Below, in pieces: positions 18,504 to 28,357 of a stretch of DNA of 64,000 nt. Each line of letters starts with the position of its first letter. Positions within the stretch are counted from its first letter, which is position 1. Position numbers and translations under genes: made by a program. The DNA is taken from IMG/VR virus record IMGVR_UViG_3300024358_000010. One strand, written 5' to 3'. The notes below the pieces were generated by a model that saw only the letters and a program-made list of their open reading frames with translations, ran no database searches and was not told the DNA's origin. The DNA comes from a virus.

Positions 18504-19589
18504 ATGACGCTTCTAAGCGATAAGTTAAAAAGACGCATTGTCATTGCCGTAACTAGTGAAAAGTACGGCAAAGAGCTTATCGATGCTATTGAGGGCATAC
18601 ATGAAGCTGTCGACACAGTGTTTGAAGGCATCGAACAACCTGTTGGTCTTAAAACCCCTAGCGCAGTTGGTCTGTCGGTTAACGATGCAAGCCGCACACT
18701 GACATTGACTCCGCTAACTGGCTCATATACGTACTACGTTGCTGGCAAAGAGATTGAGATTAAGTCAACACTGACAGCTCAGTGGTCAGCTGCGCACGGA
18801 CCGAATTACTTCTATCTAGACGAGAACAGCGAACTAAAGGTCGCGCAAACCTTTATGGAAGACATCATAACCAAGTACGCATTTGTGTCGATCGTGTACT
18901 GGGATCCGACCGCCGGCAAGCACATCTACTTTGCCAACGAGCGCCACGGCATACACATGGGCGATTACACCCATCTGTATCTGCACAGGACTCGCGGTGC
19001 TGCATTTGACTTCGGCTGTAAATTAGTAAATTTTGTAGTCGACGGCTCTGGATCCTTAGCAACAGAAGCGCAGTTCGCAGCACAATCCGGCCAAATCTGG
19101 GATGAGGATATTAAGCTCCCAATATCAGCACAAACAACGTTTCCAATCTTTTATCGCTCTGGTGCTACAAATTGGAAGCGCAAAGATCCAGATGCTTATC
19201 CAGTAATTTATTCTGGAAAAGAAGGCTATGCGGGAACAACGCTTCCGTATAATAGTTTTGACGGCACCAACTGGACTTTAACGCCGGTCGACGCAAATAA
19301 ATTCGTTCTGGTTCACGTGTTTGCTACTAATGATATCGACTATCCGTATGTTGGCATTCAGGGCCAAGCACAGTATACTTCAAAGTCCGAAGCTCGCGAC
19401 GGGGCGGTTGCCGAGATTAAAGCGCTGTCTGGTTTGCCTGTAGCAGAGTTCTGTCCTGTTGGTTCTGTTATCTTTCAAACCTCCGCCGCATACACCAACG
19501 CGCCGAAGGCAAAAATCGTGTCAACTTCAACCGGCGCTAACTACGAAGATCACCGAGCGACACTGCTACGGCCGGGCTCGCTGGCATAA
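18504..19589 (+). CDS. putative virion/tail-associated protein
   Basis: 361 aa, beta-rich and S/T/G/A-rich; own TAAAAT and AGGAGG upstream. Confidence 0.45.
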   Translation: MTLLSDKLKRRIVIAVTSEKYGKELIDAIEGIHEAVDTVFEGIEQPVGLKTPSAVGLSVNDASRTLTLTPLTGSYTYYVAGKEIEIKSTLTAQWSAAHGPNYFYLDENSELKVAQTFMEDIITKYAFVSIVYWDPTAGKHIYFANERHGIHMGDYTHLYLHRTRGAAFDFGCKLVNFVVDGSGSLATEAQFAAQSGQIWDEDIKLPISAQTTFPIFYRSGATNWKRKDPDAYPVIYSGKEGYAGTTLPYNSFDGTNWTLTPVDANKFVLVHVFATNDIDYPYVGIQGQAQYTSKSEARDGAVAEIKALSGLPVAEFCPVGSVIFQTSAAYTNAPKAKIVSTSTGANYEDHRATLLRPGSLA

Positions 19590-19628
19590 ATCCGAATCAA
19601 ATCTTCCCATGTAATATGGGGAGGTTTT

Positions 19629-20012
19629 ATGCACGGCATCAACAATATCGTGCTCAATGAAATATGCTGGATCGTGCAGCAGCGAAACGAGTGGGCAAAG
19701 CGCCGTCAACACTACCGCAATAAGTTTCGCCGCATCTTGAAGATGTCGCCCGCTGAGCAAATGCAGCTTCATACAGATTATAAAACCGTAAACGCAGAGA
19801 GCGCAAAGCTCAACAAATACACGAAGCGACTCAAATCTCTTCTTAAGAGGGTAGACGCCCGCCTTGGCTCAGACCATAATGCAGGGTATGCTCGCATTGT
19901 ATTTAACCCAACCCCGGACTCAATAGAGATCATCCATCGCGATGAGATCGCTGTCCGCGCTAAAGATTACGAAGTTGATCTGTATATGACCAATTTCTTC
20001 AAAGGTGCATGA
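19629..20012 (+). CDS. hypothetical protein
   Basis: Motif at 19591; GGAGG RBS. Confidence 0.7.
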   Translation: MHGINNIVLNEICWIVQQRNEWAKRRQHYRNKFRRILKMSPAEQMQLHTDYKTVNAESAKLNKYTKRLKSLLKRVDARLGSDHNAGYARIVFNPTPDSIEIIHRDEIAVRAKDYEVDLYMTNFFKGA

Positions 20013-20051
20013 AGCGCTTCCGAATCAATTTATTCCTCAATGGAGGTTCTT

Positions 20052-20666
20052 ATGACAAACAAATATGTTATTTTAGCCGCACTGTGCAGTGCAGGAACGT
20101 CATATGCGTACGACGACCACGCGTCTTGGTCCCAGAGCAGAGGCTCATACAGCGGATCTTACCAGTACATCACAGAAACAGAAGCTTGGCAGTCAAACGC
20201 TACTCTCTTATCAAAAGACCCTTACGGCAAGGAAACCGTCATGTCCACCCCGTACAAAGGGTTGGGTTTCCGCGTCGGAGTTGGAACTGAGTTAGCCAGG
20301 TTCGTGCGGTTCACTGCGTACTCATCTTCGCGCGATCTGTCTAATTCGCTTACCGACTCATTAAGATCCTACCAAATCGGTGGCGAAACCGCAGTGTCTT
20401 TCTACGGTCCCGTACTTAATCTCCAGTTTGGGTTAGGTCTGTTTGCAAGCAGGCAGCACCAGCAGAAACCCAACGAGGGACGAACGTTTATTGGCTCAGG
20501 TTTCACAGGGTCGGTTGGTTTTGAAAAGTTTATTTCACAGAAAGCATCTGTAATGTTTACCGTGCGGGGTCAGCAAGAAACGCTTAGACCTGATGAAAGC
20601 GAGTCCCGCGACGTGCTCGGCGTATCGTCCACCGGCGCCGCTTTCGCTCTTGTCCTCTGGATGTAA
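20052..20666 (+). CDS. putative outer-membrane beta-barrel protein
   Basis: Signal peptide (..SAGTSYA); alternating strands GLGFRVGVGTE, LQFGLGLF, GSVGFEKF; C-terminal FALVLWM. Confidence 0.6.
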   Translation: MTNKYVILAALCSAGTSYAYDDHASWSQSRGSYSGSYQYITETEAWQSNATLLSKDPYGKETVMSTPYKGLGFRVGVGTELARFVRFTAYSSSRDLSNSLTDSLRSYQIGGETAVSFYGPVLNLQFGLGLFASRQHQQKPNEGRTFIGSGFTGSVGFEKFISQKASVMFTVRGQQETLRPDESESRDVLGVSSTGAAFALVLWM

Positions 20667-20669
20667 GGG

Positions 20670-21131
20670 GTGTTTATGAGTTTCAAATGGGTAAACTGCC
20701 GAAAACAATTTGAGAAGTCAAATCTCACGTTCTGTCCAGAAACCGGTCGTGGACACTCATACGGATGGTACCGTATTGTAGACAGGATTGGTGACAAAAT
20801 CGTGCTAAATACCTATAACTACTCTAGAACAACTGTCGGCCATATTGGCGACATAAAAGCTCTTCTTCGCAGTCTTGAAATAAAGATAGATGTCGAGATT
20901 GAGGCGCCACATGGGTTGTCTAACCACGCTTCAATACAAAGACACTATGCGTCCATGATAGACGCCCATAAAGCGAAAATGGCCGCAAAAGGCTCGCGCA
21001 GTTCTAAAAATCAAGAACGGCAGAAGATCATCGGGTGGCTTAATCAAGAGTTGGCGCGCTATAACGAGGTTTACGCCGGGCATCTCTTTGAGAAAGAGAT
21101 ATCAAACCTTTTATCTGAGGAGGCGGTATGA
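20670..21131 (+). CDS. hypothetical protein
   Basis: 153-aa ORF with SYGWY and NTYNYSRTT motifs. Confidence 0.7.
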   Translation: MFMSFKWVNCRKQFEKSNLTFCPETGRGHSYGWYRIVDRIGDKIVLNTYNYSRTTVGHIGDIKALLRSLEIKIDVEIEAPHGLSNHASIQRHYASMIDAHKAKMAAKGSRSSKNQERQKIIGWLNQELARYNEVYAGHLFEKEISNLLSEEAV

Positions 21132-22449
21132 CGATCGATACGTTTCTCGCCATAGTTGGGTTCTGTCTGCTTCCACTGGTAGTCTCGTTCCTTTTCATCG
21201 CCAAGGGTTGAATCCGAATCAAATATTCCTCATGAATGGAGGGCAGTATGAGATACGTGTATAAAGTATGGTCTGATAATTTTGACGGTGATTTTTTATC
21301 AGTCGAAGCATATGAGGAAGCTATGCTTCACATGAGCGCGGCTGATTACGTTTTGCATAGGTCTCGTATGGTACGCTCTAATGACATCCCGTCCCGAGCG
21401 GATATTCTTTGCTACGATTTGCGCGAGGACGCGTGGTTCACGGTTTTAATTGAGGAGATGAGCGCATGAGCACGAAAGAAATTGTCTCTCTTAAAGACAC
21501 AGTTTTCCTTGGTTCCTTCCTGGACGAAGACGTGAAATACTTCTTTTACGAGGCGAAAGTCGCAGAATCTGCGTCCGACGCCGACATCGCAAACTTTCTT
21601 AAACTTAGGTATCAAAAATACGGTGACGTGATTTTTCAAAGAAAACCGGCCGAAGATAACCGCGTACTTTTTACTTTGATGGAAGCCGTGCCCAGATCGC
21701 TTTTTGAAGTTAACTAACGGAGTAGACATGAGCAACATCGTCAGCTTTTCTGACTTTAAAAAGAAACGTCAAAAAGATCCAGATTTTAAAGTCGAGCTTA
21801 ACAAGAAAAAAGTAAAAGATATCCAAGAGTCTCTCAGGAGAATTAACGATCTCATGAGGGAGATAAAGGCAGACGCACGTCGTCAGATTGATGCCTTGGA
21901 TAATAAAGGTAAAAAAGATGTTTAGCGACAACAGGATCGTTATCGTTGCTGTTTTATGTGTTCTGGTGTTCTTTGGCACGGTTTTTGGATTTTATCGCTT
22001 AGTCAAGCCTCTGGTCGAAGTTGAGAAGAAACTTGAGCCAATCGAATGCCAGCAGGCCTACGCTAAAGCAAAAGCTTGCATTGAGATGGAGTCGCGATAT
22101 CCAGAAAGGTTCAAGTATAACCCGTAGTGATGCGGGTTTTACATGAAAAACTTTGATAAGTACATAATTATTCTAATGTTTGCTGATTACACTGTGACAA
22201 TTGCGCAGTTAGTTTTTGGTAAACTTGTACCCCTTGAAAGGTACAGAGGGCGCCCAATATACGGCAGGTGGGTGTATGATTTTGGATTTGTGTTCTCGGT
22301 GGATGAGCCTTTCCATATACATTACAACCCGATGTATTTCATCACGATCGAGTCTGCAAGGCGATTCATAGACTCAGACGAAAAGCAGCAATTTGAATTC
22401 GAGTGCAGAAAACTGACTAAAGTCATGAAAAGAATGAAAGTTGTAAAAA

Positions 22450-22719
22450 GTGAATATTACCGCTAAAATCCTGTTCACCTCCATGCTAATTGCGGCAGGA
22501 TGCGCGCACCAAGAGCCGCACCGACCAGCGGTAAACACTTTTACCTGCCCGAGGCCTGCAATTAAAACATTAAAAGAAGCCTGGTCGAAGGAAGACGAGA
22601 GCATGATCCCTCATTTTAACGAGGGTTGCGCGAGGCATTTCACAAAGGACCACTGCCCTGTAAGGGTTTTGAAATCAAAAAAGTTGTCATATCGAGTGAC
22701 GTGCAAGAAAGTCAGGTAA
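22450..22719 (+). CDS. putative lipoprotein
   Basis: LIAAGC lipobox; 4 further Cys. Confidence 0.55.
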   Translation: MNITAKILFTSMLIAAGCAHQEPHRPAVNTFTCPRPAIKTLKEAWSKEDESMIPHFNEGCARHFTKDHCPVRVLKSKKLSYRVTCKKVR

Positions 22720-22925
22720 ATGTTCACAGATCTCATACACAACTCCTCTCTCACCGAGAAAATCAGACTTTTCGCTTGGTTTGTGTTGGCTGTCTATATG
22801 CTCGCTAAGTTCTCCTTCTGGATCTTTGATATCCGAAACAATTCATTAATAGAAAATTCATGCCGTCTTGGGGGCGGTACGAAAACACAAATGTTCGTGG
22901 TAGTCGACGGCGAGGTAATAGATAT

Positions 22926-23489
22926 ATGTTTAAGACATTAACGATTGTGTCTGCATTTTTATTGACCGCCTGCGGCGCGGAGGAAACTCTCCACGTTTCC
23001 CGCGGTCAGCGAGACATATCGTTTGACCGCCACCTAGAGTCGGCAGTGGATGCGCCAATCAGACCGCATCTCGTTGAGTTTGTTGAGTTCTGCAAACTTT
23101 CCAGCCAGAGCGATTCCGATACTTGCCTGGCAAACCTTCCAAAACTTAAAAACGTGCGCCTTAAATCAGGCGTGCTCGACCCAGCAAATCCGACCGTGAT
23201 CGGCCTGTGTGAGATGGCCATAGACAGAACCGTAACTATACGGTCTGACTTCTTTGACCACAGATCGATAGCTTTTAAAGCGCTAGTCTGGCATGAGCTC
23301 GGTCACTGTTTATTAGACCTCGACCACATTGACGGTACAAATAATCACATAATGAACGCGAACCTACCGTCAAGTAAAGTACTACAGTCGTCTTGGGAAA
23401 TCTTTATCAAAGATTTCTTTGAATCAAAAGTAAAATTATCTCTGCTTGGCTTTTTGGTATCTGACTCTTTCGAGGAAATTCATGAGTGA
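22926..23489 (+). CDS. lipoprotein zinc metallopeptidase (HExxHxxxxxH)
   Basis: MFKTLTIVSAFLLTAC; VIGLC; WHELGHCLLDLDH...IM (Met-turn). Confidence 0.75.
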   Translation: MFKTLTIVSAFLLTACGAEETLHVSRGQRDISFDRHLESAVDAPIRPHLVEFVEFCKLSSQSDSDTCLANLPKLKNVRLKSGVLDPANPTVIGLCEMAIDRTVTIRSDFFDHRSIAFKALVWHELGHCLLDLDHIDGTNNHIMNANLPSSKVLQSSWEIFIKDFFESKVKLSLLGFLVSDSFEEIHE

Positions 23490-23773
23490 TGATGCGCCTG
23501 ATCTGAGAGTTGAACGCGTAAAATCTGCACTTAACTCAACGGTGGGGCGTTTTTGCTTCACAACCGCAGTAACCCTGGCGGCAACTTTCCTGATGAAAGA
23601 GTCTCTTGAAAAAGAACCTAACGCATTGAAATGGTTATTGATTACGATATGGGTCGACGTTGCAGCGTACTTTTTCGGATACATGAACGGATACAAAGGC
23701 GGAGTTTTTGGACTGTATGACGCCCTTGTCGATTCTAGCAAAAATGATATAATAGGCGGTAAGGGAGACCGCC

Positions 23774-23995
23774 ATGAAGAGTAAACTATCGTTTATACTA
23801 ACGCTTATATCCGTTATTGGTATATTTATCCTCGCGTGGTTCAAGAACATCGATATTCAAATGCTTTTACCATCGGTTCTCGGCATATACATTATCGGAA
23901 GAACCACGACGAACGTTTCTACAGCTTGGGCTGCATCCAAGGACCCTCAGGCAGACACAATCAAAGCCTGTGAGATGATTGATAAAAAAGAATAG
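23774..23995 (+). CDS. two-TM small membrane protein (holin-like)
   Basis: Two hydrophobic segments and a charged tail; TGATATAAT upstream. Confidence 0.4.
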   Translation: MKSKLSFILTLISVIGIFILAWFKNIDIQMLLPSVLGIYIIGRTTTNVSTAWAASKDPQADTIKACEMIDKKE

Positions 23996-24493
23996 GTGAG
24001 GATAAAGATGATTTTCTTCTTCTTTGTCGGCGTCGGCCTGGTTGTGGTGCCGTCTCTGATTTATTGTCTGATGTCTGATGCGTCTCATGGCGGATATATT
24101 GCTGCAAATTACAGCAGAATGCAGTCTGTGCACGAGACTCAGAAAATATCTCAAATGCTGAAGCAACATATGTTCAATTCAACATTTGGCATATACCACT
24201 CAGGAGATAGACATGTATCAGATCAGATACAAAGACCCCATGACAGGAACAATCCTGGAAACTCAGGCCCATTCACTAACTGATGCAGTAACTGCAATTC
24301 AGAAAGCTAAAGACGATCTTTATTATCGCGGCCACTCCTTGCAGAAAAGCGAAGATCTTTCGACTCAAACTTCTGAAGATTCTGCCTCCGAGCAAGAACC
24401 GTCTTTAAACGAAGATGATTCAGTCGAGGATGACGATCACGCAGAAGACGATCAAGATTTAGACGAATTTCTATATCCGTATGGAGTTACCTT

Positions 24494-24931
24494 ATGGTAA
24501 GGTCGATATTAGTTGCGACGCTGGTAGCGTCAGCCATAAAAGCTGAAGCGCGAGATCTCTATCTCCTAGAACCCAGAGATATCTACATTGACGCCTTTAA
24601 ATACGAGTCGATGCACGATCCGTATCTCGCGCCGATAGATAAAGATCTTCTTTACGGTGCGGCTTTTAACACGGATTTCAATGTCTTTCGCTACGGAAAC
24701 ATAGCTTTACATTGGAAAAATAGATTACATTTTGACCAGGTCGGATCAAGTGGGCACATAAAGCACGCTGGCTGGGAGTATGAACTTGGGTTGCCGCTCT
24801 GGATAGATAAGGGAAAGCCTAAAATAGAACTCTTCAAGCAGCACCATAGTCGACACGTTCTTGAAGAAGTTAGAGATACACACTTCCCTGTATACGACCG
24901 GATCGGCGTAAGAATAAGGTTGCTGCCGTGA
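24494..24931 (+). CDS. exported, possibly beta-barrel protein
   Basis: Signal ..AEA; strands AGWEYELGL and IGVRIRL. Confidence 0.45.
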   Translation: MVRSILVATLVASAIKAEARDLYLLEPRDIYIDAFKYESMHDPYLAPIDKDLLYGAAFNTDFNVFRYGNIALHWKNRLHFDQVGSSGHIKHAGWEYELGLPLWIDKGKPKIELFKQHHSRHVLEEVRDTHFPVYDRIGVRIRLLP

Positions 24932-25958
24932 ATTCAAAACAAATTCAAGCGCTGTGTGACAGAATAAGTTTCTCACTTTTGTACGAGGATTATGACTCAT
25001 GCGACGGTGAGCACATCTTGCTCCTGATCGAGGAGGCTCGAGAGATGCTTTCTGAGCTTAGAATTTCGGATCAGAAAGTATAATCTTTATATCAATATCG
25101 GTGGTAAAGTGACCCCCTTCTGGAAAAATTTGGTGATATATGCCCGCATCATCGTGATGGAGCCGGACGATGGGGCATTTAACCATCTTCTTCAATTAAA
25201 GATGGTGAACCGCCAGGACTATTTGGTTTCATATACTGGCCCAATAGCTCTCGGCCAAGAAGGCCGTGAAGTCAGGTTGCGTCTGCAAGACGTCTCCTGC
25301 AAAGAGGTTATAGGATGCGAAGAGCATCCCACCATTGGTCCTATCGGATACCGCGCGTGGATTTGCGATGCGGAAAAAGCAACATTATTGGAGGATTGAC
25401 ATGAGTTCGATGATGGGTACGCCTTCTAAGAAATTTTCGTGGATCAAAAAAATGGATGCGAAGATCAAGAAATCTTTGTCGAAAGAAGACTCGACTTCAG
25501 ATGAGCCACGGCGCGTCAAGTCTGCGCCGTCTGAAGGCGTGGAAATTGTCCGTAAATCGGAGTAATATATGTCTTTTGAAGTCGTAAAAAATGGATTGTA
25601 TGTGACAGAAAAAGGCCATCTAGTGCGCATTTTGAGCACCGCAGACGGCTCAAAGCACAAATTATTTGATTTTGCGGTCGGATGGGTTACTGACTCTAAG
25701 ACTGGTGAGAAAAGAGTCTATCATTGTACTAGGGGCGGGGATGCTGGCGCTTTGTCTGTTGCAGACGGAAGCATAGTTGAACATGCAGTCAAAGGACTTG
25801 AGATTGAGACATACGCGGTTGTTGCCACCGGACTAGGTAAGTATCCCAAAGGATTTATCCTCAATCTCACAGACTCTCCAGATAAAACCGAAAACTCGTC
25901 AATGCTCAATGATAATCCAGGTCATTGGGCTATAGTAAAACTAACCGGAAAACTATAG

Positions 25959-26261
25959 GTGATAAAGATGCTTTCTCAAAAAGAGGCCGTATACCAGGCC
26001 ACGTTAGAAGTGCTAACTCAAGCAAACCTGAAAACTAACGGTCTTCCAGTTTCACAAGTCATTCCCAGAGAGCTTAGGAAAATGGTTACTAGCAAAGTGC
26101 TAGAGCTTGTCAAGCAGGGTCAGGTTACCTTTAAGGGCACGGCTTCCAACTCTATGAAACACAAAGATCCCAGTAGAATGTCTGCGTATGTTAGCGGGTT
26201 GGTTTCTAACCACTGGAAACGCGACCCAAGATTAAACGGATCTCAAGCAACAGAAAAATGA
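25959..26261 (+). CDS. short paralog of 5714/9509 (N-terminal domain only)
   Basis: SQKEAVYQAT.EVL...GQVTFK...YVSGLVSNHWKRDPRLNG. Confidence 0.8.
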   Translation: MIKMLSQKEAVYQATLEVLTQANLKTNGLPVSQVIPRELRKMVTSKVLELVKQGQVTFKGTASNSMKHKDPSRMSAYVSGLVSNHWKRDPRLNGSQATEK

Positions 26262-26662
26262 GCAAGCATAAAATAGCAAAAGACTATGAGAGTTCTGTAC
26301 GAGAATTGTATGAGTCTTTTCCAATTGTAATGCGCACGCGACCCTACATCTCTGTTGATGTAGGGTGGCATTCTCTTATAGAAGACTTGTGTTTTGGCTT
26401 AGAGAAGCTTTGTGAAAACGAAATACAAAATAACGATAATCTTCCATACATAAACGATATGAAAGAGAAGTATGGATCTTTGTCCATATCAGTTTACGGC
26501 GTATTGCTGAACGATGAGCTCGGCGAGAAAATGTGGAAATTGATCGACGAGTGCGAAGAATTGTCATCTAGGACTTGTGAAGAATGCGGTAGACCCGGTA
26601 GTCCTACGCAACGCGGCTGGATTAAAACCTTATGCAAGGAGCACAACCATGAACGAAAATAA
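26258..26662 (+). CDS. conserved phage protein with C-terminal CxxC
   Basis: GW..LI, KEKYG.L, CEECG..G...GWIKTLC..H. Confidence 0.65.
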   Translation: MSKHKIAKDYESSVRELYESFPIVMRTRPYISVDVGWHSLIEDLCFGLEKLCENEIQNNDNLPYINDMKEKYGSLSISVYGVLLNDELGEKMWKLIDECEELSSRTCEECGRPGSPTQRGWIKTLCKEHNHERK

Positions 26663-26843
26663 AGTTATTAGTATCTTTTCGAAGCGAAATGCAGAAGATG
26701 AAGAGAATAAATCCGACAAGGCCATAGATCTCGAAGAAGTGCAAAAGGCTAACGCAGCAAAAGCAGAGCGGCTATCCCAAGAGAGAAAGCAGCACAACAG
26801 ACGAGTTAAAAACGAGTACAAGTTGTCGCCTAAAAAGTAAACT

Positions 26844-26867
26844 AAACCCACCTAAACGTGGGTTTTT
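26844..26867. terminator. bidirectional intrinsic terminator
   Basis: AAACCCAC-ctaaac-GTGGGTTTTT between convergent genes. Confidence 0.7.
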
Positions 26868-27132
26868 AAAGTATCTTGCCCGGTGCTACAGTTGCACCGG
26901 TTTGTGCCGCAGCAGATCCAGCAGTCGTAACAGGTATGCCTGGTGCAACCTCTGCTTGAGTCTGAATTGCTTCAATGATTACTCCAGCGATCTCAGCGGC
27001 AATTTTTGCTTGCTTCTGCCAGCTTTGGATGGCCTCTGGATTATTGGCCTGTAGATCGCCAAACTCGCGTTGATAAGCTGCAAGAACCTTGGCTTCTACA
27101 AGTTTTTTAATTACTGGCGCTACTAGTGCCAT
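26866..27132 (-). CDS. putative structural protein
   Basis: C-terminal GIPVTTAGS...TGAT..PGKI resembles small baseplate/spike-associated proteins. Confidence 0.4.
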   Translation of the reverse strand: MALVAPVIKKLVEAKVLAAYQREFGDLQANNPEAIQSWQKQAKIAAEIAGVIIEAIQTQAEVAPGIPVTTAGSAAAQTGATVAPGKIL

Positions 27133-27165
27133 ATTGGGCCCCACTCTAATCGTTAAAATTTATAC

Positions 27166-28128
27166 TTAAAAGTCCGCGTTGAGACTGAGTTCTGAACTCT
27201 CGGAGAGCGAGTACTCAGACACCCTCTTCTCAAAGAAGTTGACTTTGGTCTCCATATCATTCATGCGCATGAAATCAAACGGATTTTCTACGCCATAAAT
27301 CGCAGCAAAACCAAAGCGCCTAGATACGAGATCTGCGACATACTCGATATACTGGCACATCAGATCCGCGTTCATGCCTATCAGGCCGACGGGAAGAGCT
27401 TCGCGCACAAACTCTTTCTCAATCTCTACCGCGTCCATCATGATGTCCCCAAAGTCCTTTGGGGAAATCTTTAGGCCGAGAGTGTGGTACAAAAGCACCG
27501 CGAATTCCCAGTGCATCCCCTCGTCCCTCGAGATCCAGTTGTTGGCGGTTGCAAGCCCAGGCAAAAGCCCCCTCTTCCTGAACCAGAAGATAGCGCAGAA
27601 ACTGCCGCTGAAGAAGACGCCCTCGACCACGGCGAAAGCAACCAAGCGCTTGACAAACTCATCTTGCGAATCGATCCAGCGAAGCGCCCACTCTGCCTTT
27701 TTCTTTACCGCGGGTACGGACTCTATGGCATTGAATAGTCTTTGCTTCTCGATCTGGTCTTTAACGTACGTGTCGATAAGTAGAGAGTACATCCAGGCGT
27801 GGACTGCCTCGCGCTGAATCTGGTCGGCGTAGAACGCCCTCGCCTCTGGGATGTCGACCTCGTTATAGAACCGCACGGCGAGGTTTTCGTTTACTATACC
27901 GTCGGACTGCGCAAAGAAAGCTAGAACATGCGTGATGTAGTGGATCTCATCTTTACTCAACGATTTGAGCTGGGACAGATCTTGCGAAAGGTCTACATCC
28001 TTGATGGTCCAGAACGACTTATGGTGCGTCTCAAACGCGTCCCAGAGTCCTTTGTACCGTATCGGGAATATGGAATATTTGTTGTTAGATACTGAAATAC
28101 CGCTCATCGGGTTTCGGGCCTCGCTCAT
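27166..28128 (-). CDS. nrdB: ribonucleotide reductase class Ia beta subunit
   Basis: FFAQSDGIVNENL, EAVH..Y, VEGVFFSGSF, RDEGMH, NFFEKRV; C-terminal LNADF. Confidence 0.95.
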   Translation of the reverse strand: MSEARNPMSGISVSNNKYSIFPIRYKGLWDAFETHHKSFWTIKDVDLSQDLSQLKSLSKDEIHYITHVLAFFAQSDGIVNENLAVRFYNEVDIPEARAFYADQIQREAVHAWMYSLLIDTYVKDQIEKQRLFNAIESVPAVKKKAEWALRWIDSQDEFVKRLVAFAVVEGVFFSGSFCAIFWFRKRGLLPGLATANNWISRDEGMHWEFAVLLYHTLGLKISPKDFGDIMMDAVEIEKEFVREALPVGLIGMNADLMCQYIEYVADLVSRRFGFAAIYGVENPFDFMRMNDMETKVNFFEKRVSEYSLSESSELSLNADF

Positions 28129-28348
28129 CTATTGCCATCTTGTTCCAGTTGCAGACGTCTTCTTGCTTGATGTGGATGTGTTGACTTACACCCATCGGCC
28201 ACGGTTTGTGGCAATGACCAATGTTCCACCAGGATACGTAAAGTTTATAGCGACCGTCCTCATCCGGAGTTGTCTTTCCGTGAACAACTTCGAACGCGAC
28301 ATCCCTGTTGTTATTGTGCCTGTACAGACAGTCCTCTTCCCACCGCAT
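28085..28348 (-). CDS. small hypothetical protein between nrdA and nrdB
   Basis: GAGG RBS; 87 aa. Confidence 0.55.
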   Translation of the reverse strand: MRWEEDCLYRHNNNRDVAFEVVHGKTTPDEDGRYKLYVSWWNIGHCHKPWPMGVSQHIHIKQEDVCNWNKMAIDERGPKPDERYFSI

Positions 28349-28357
28349 ATTGTTACC

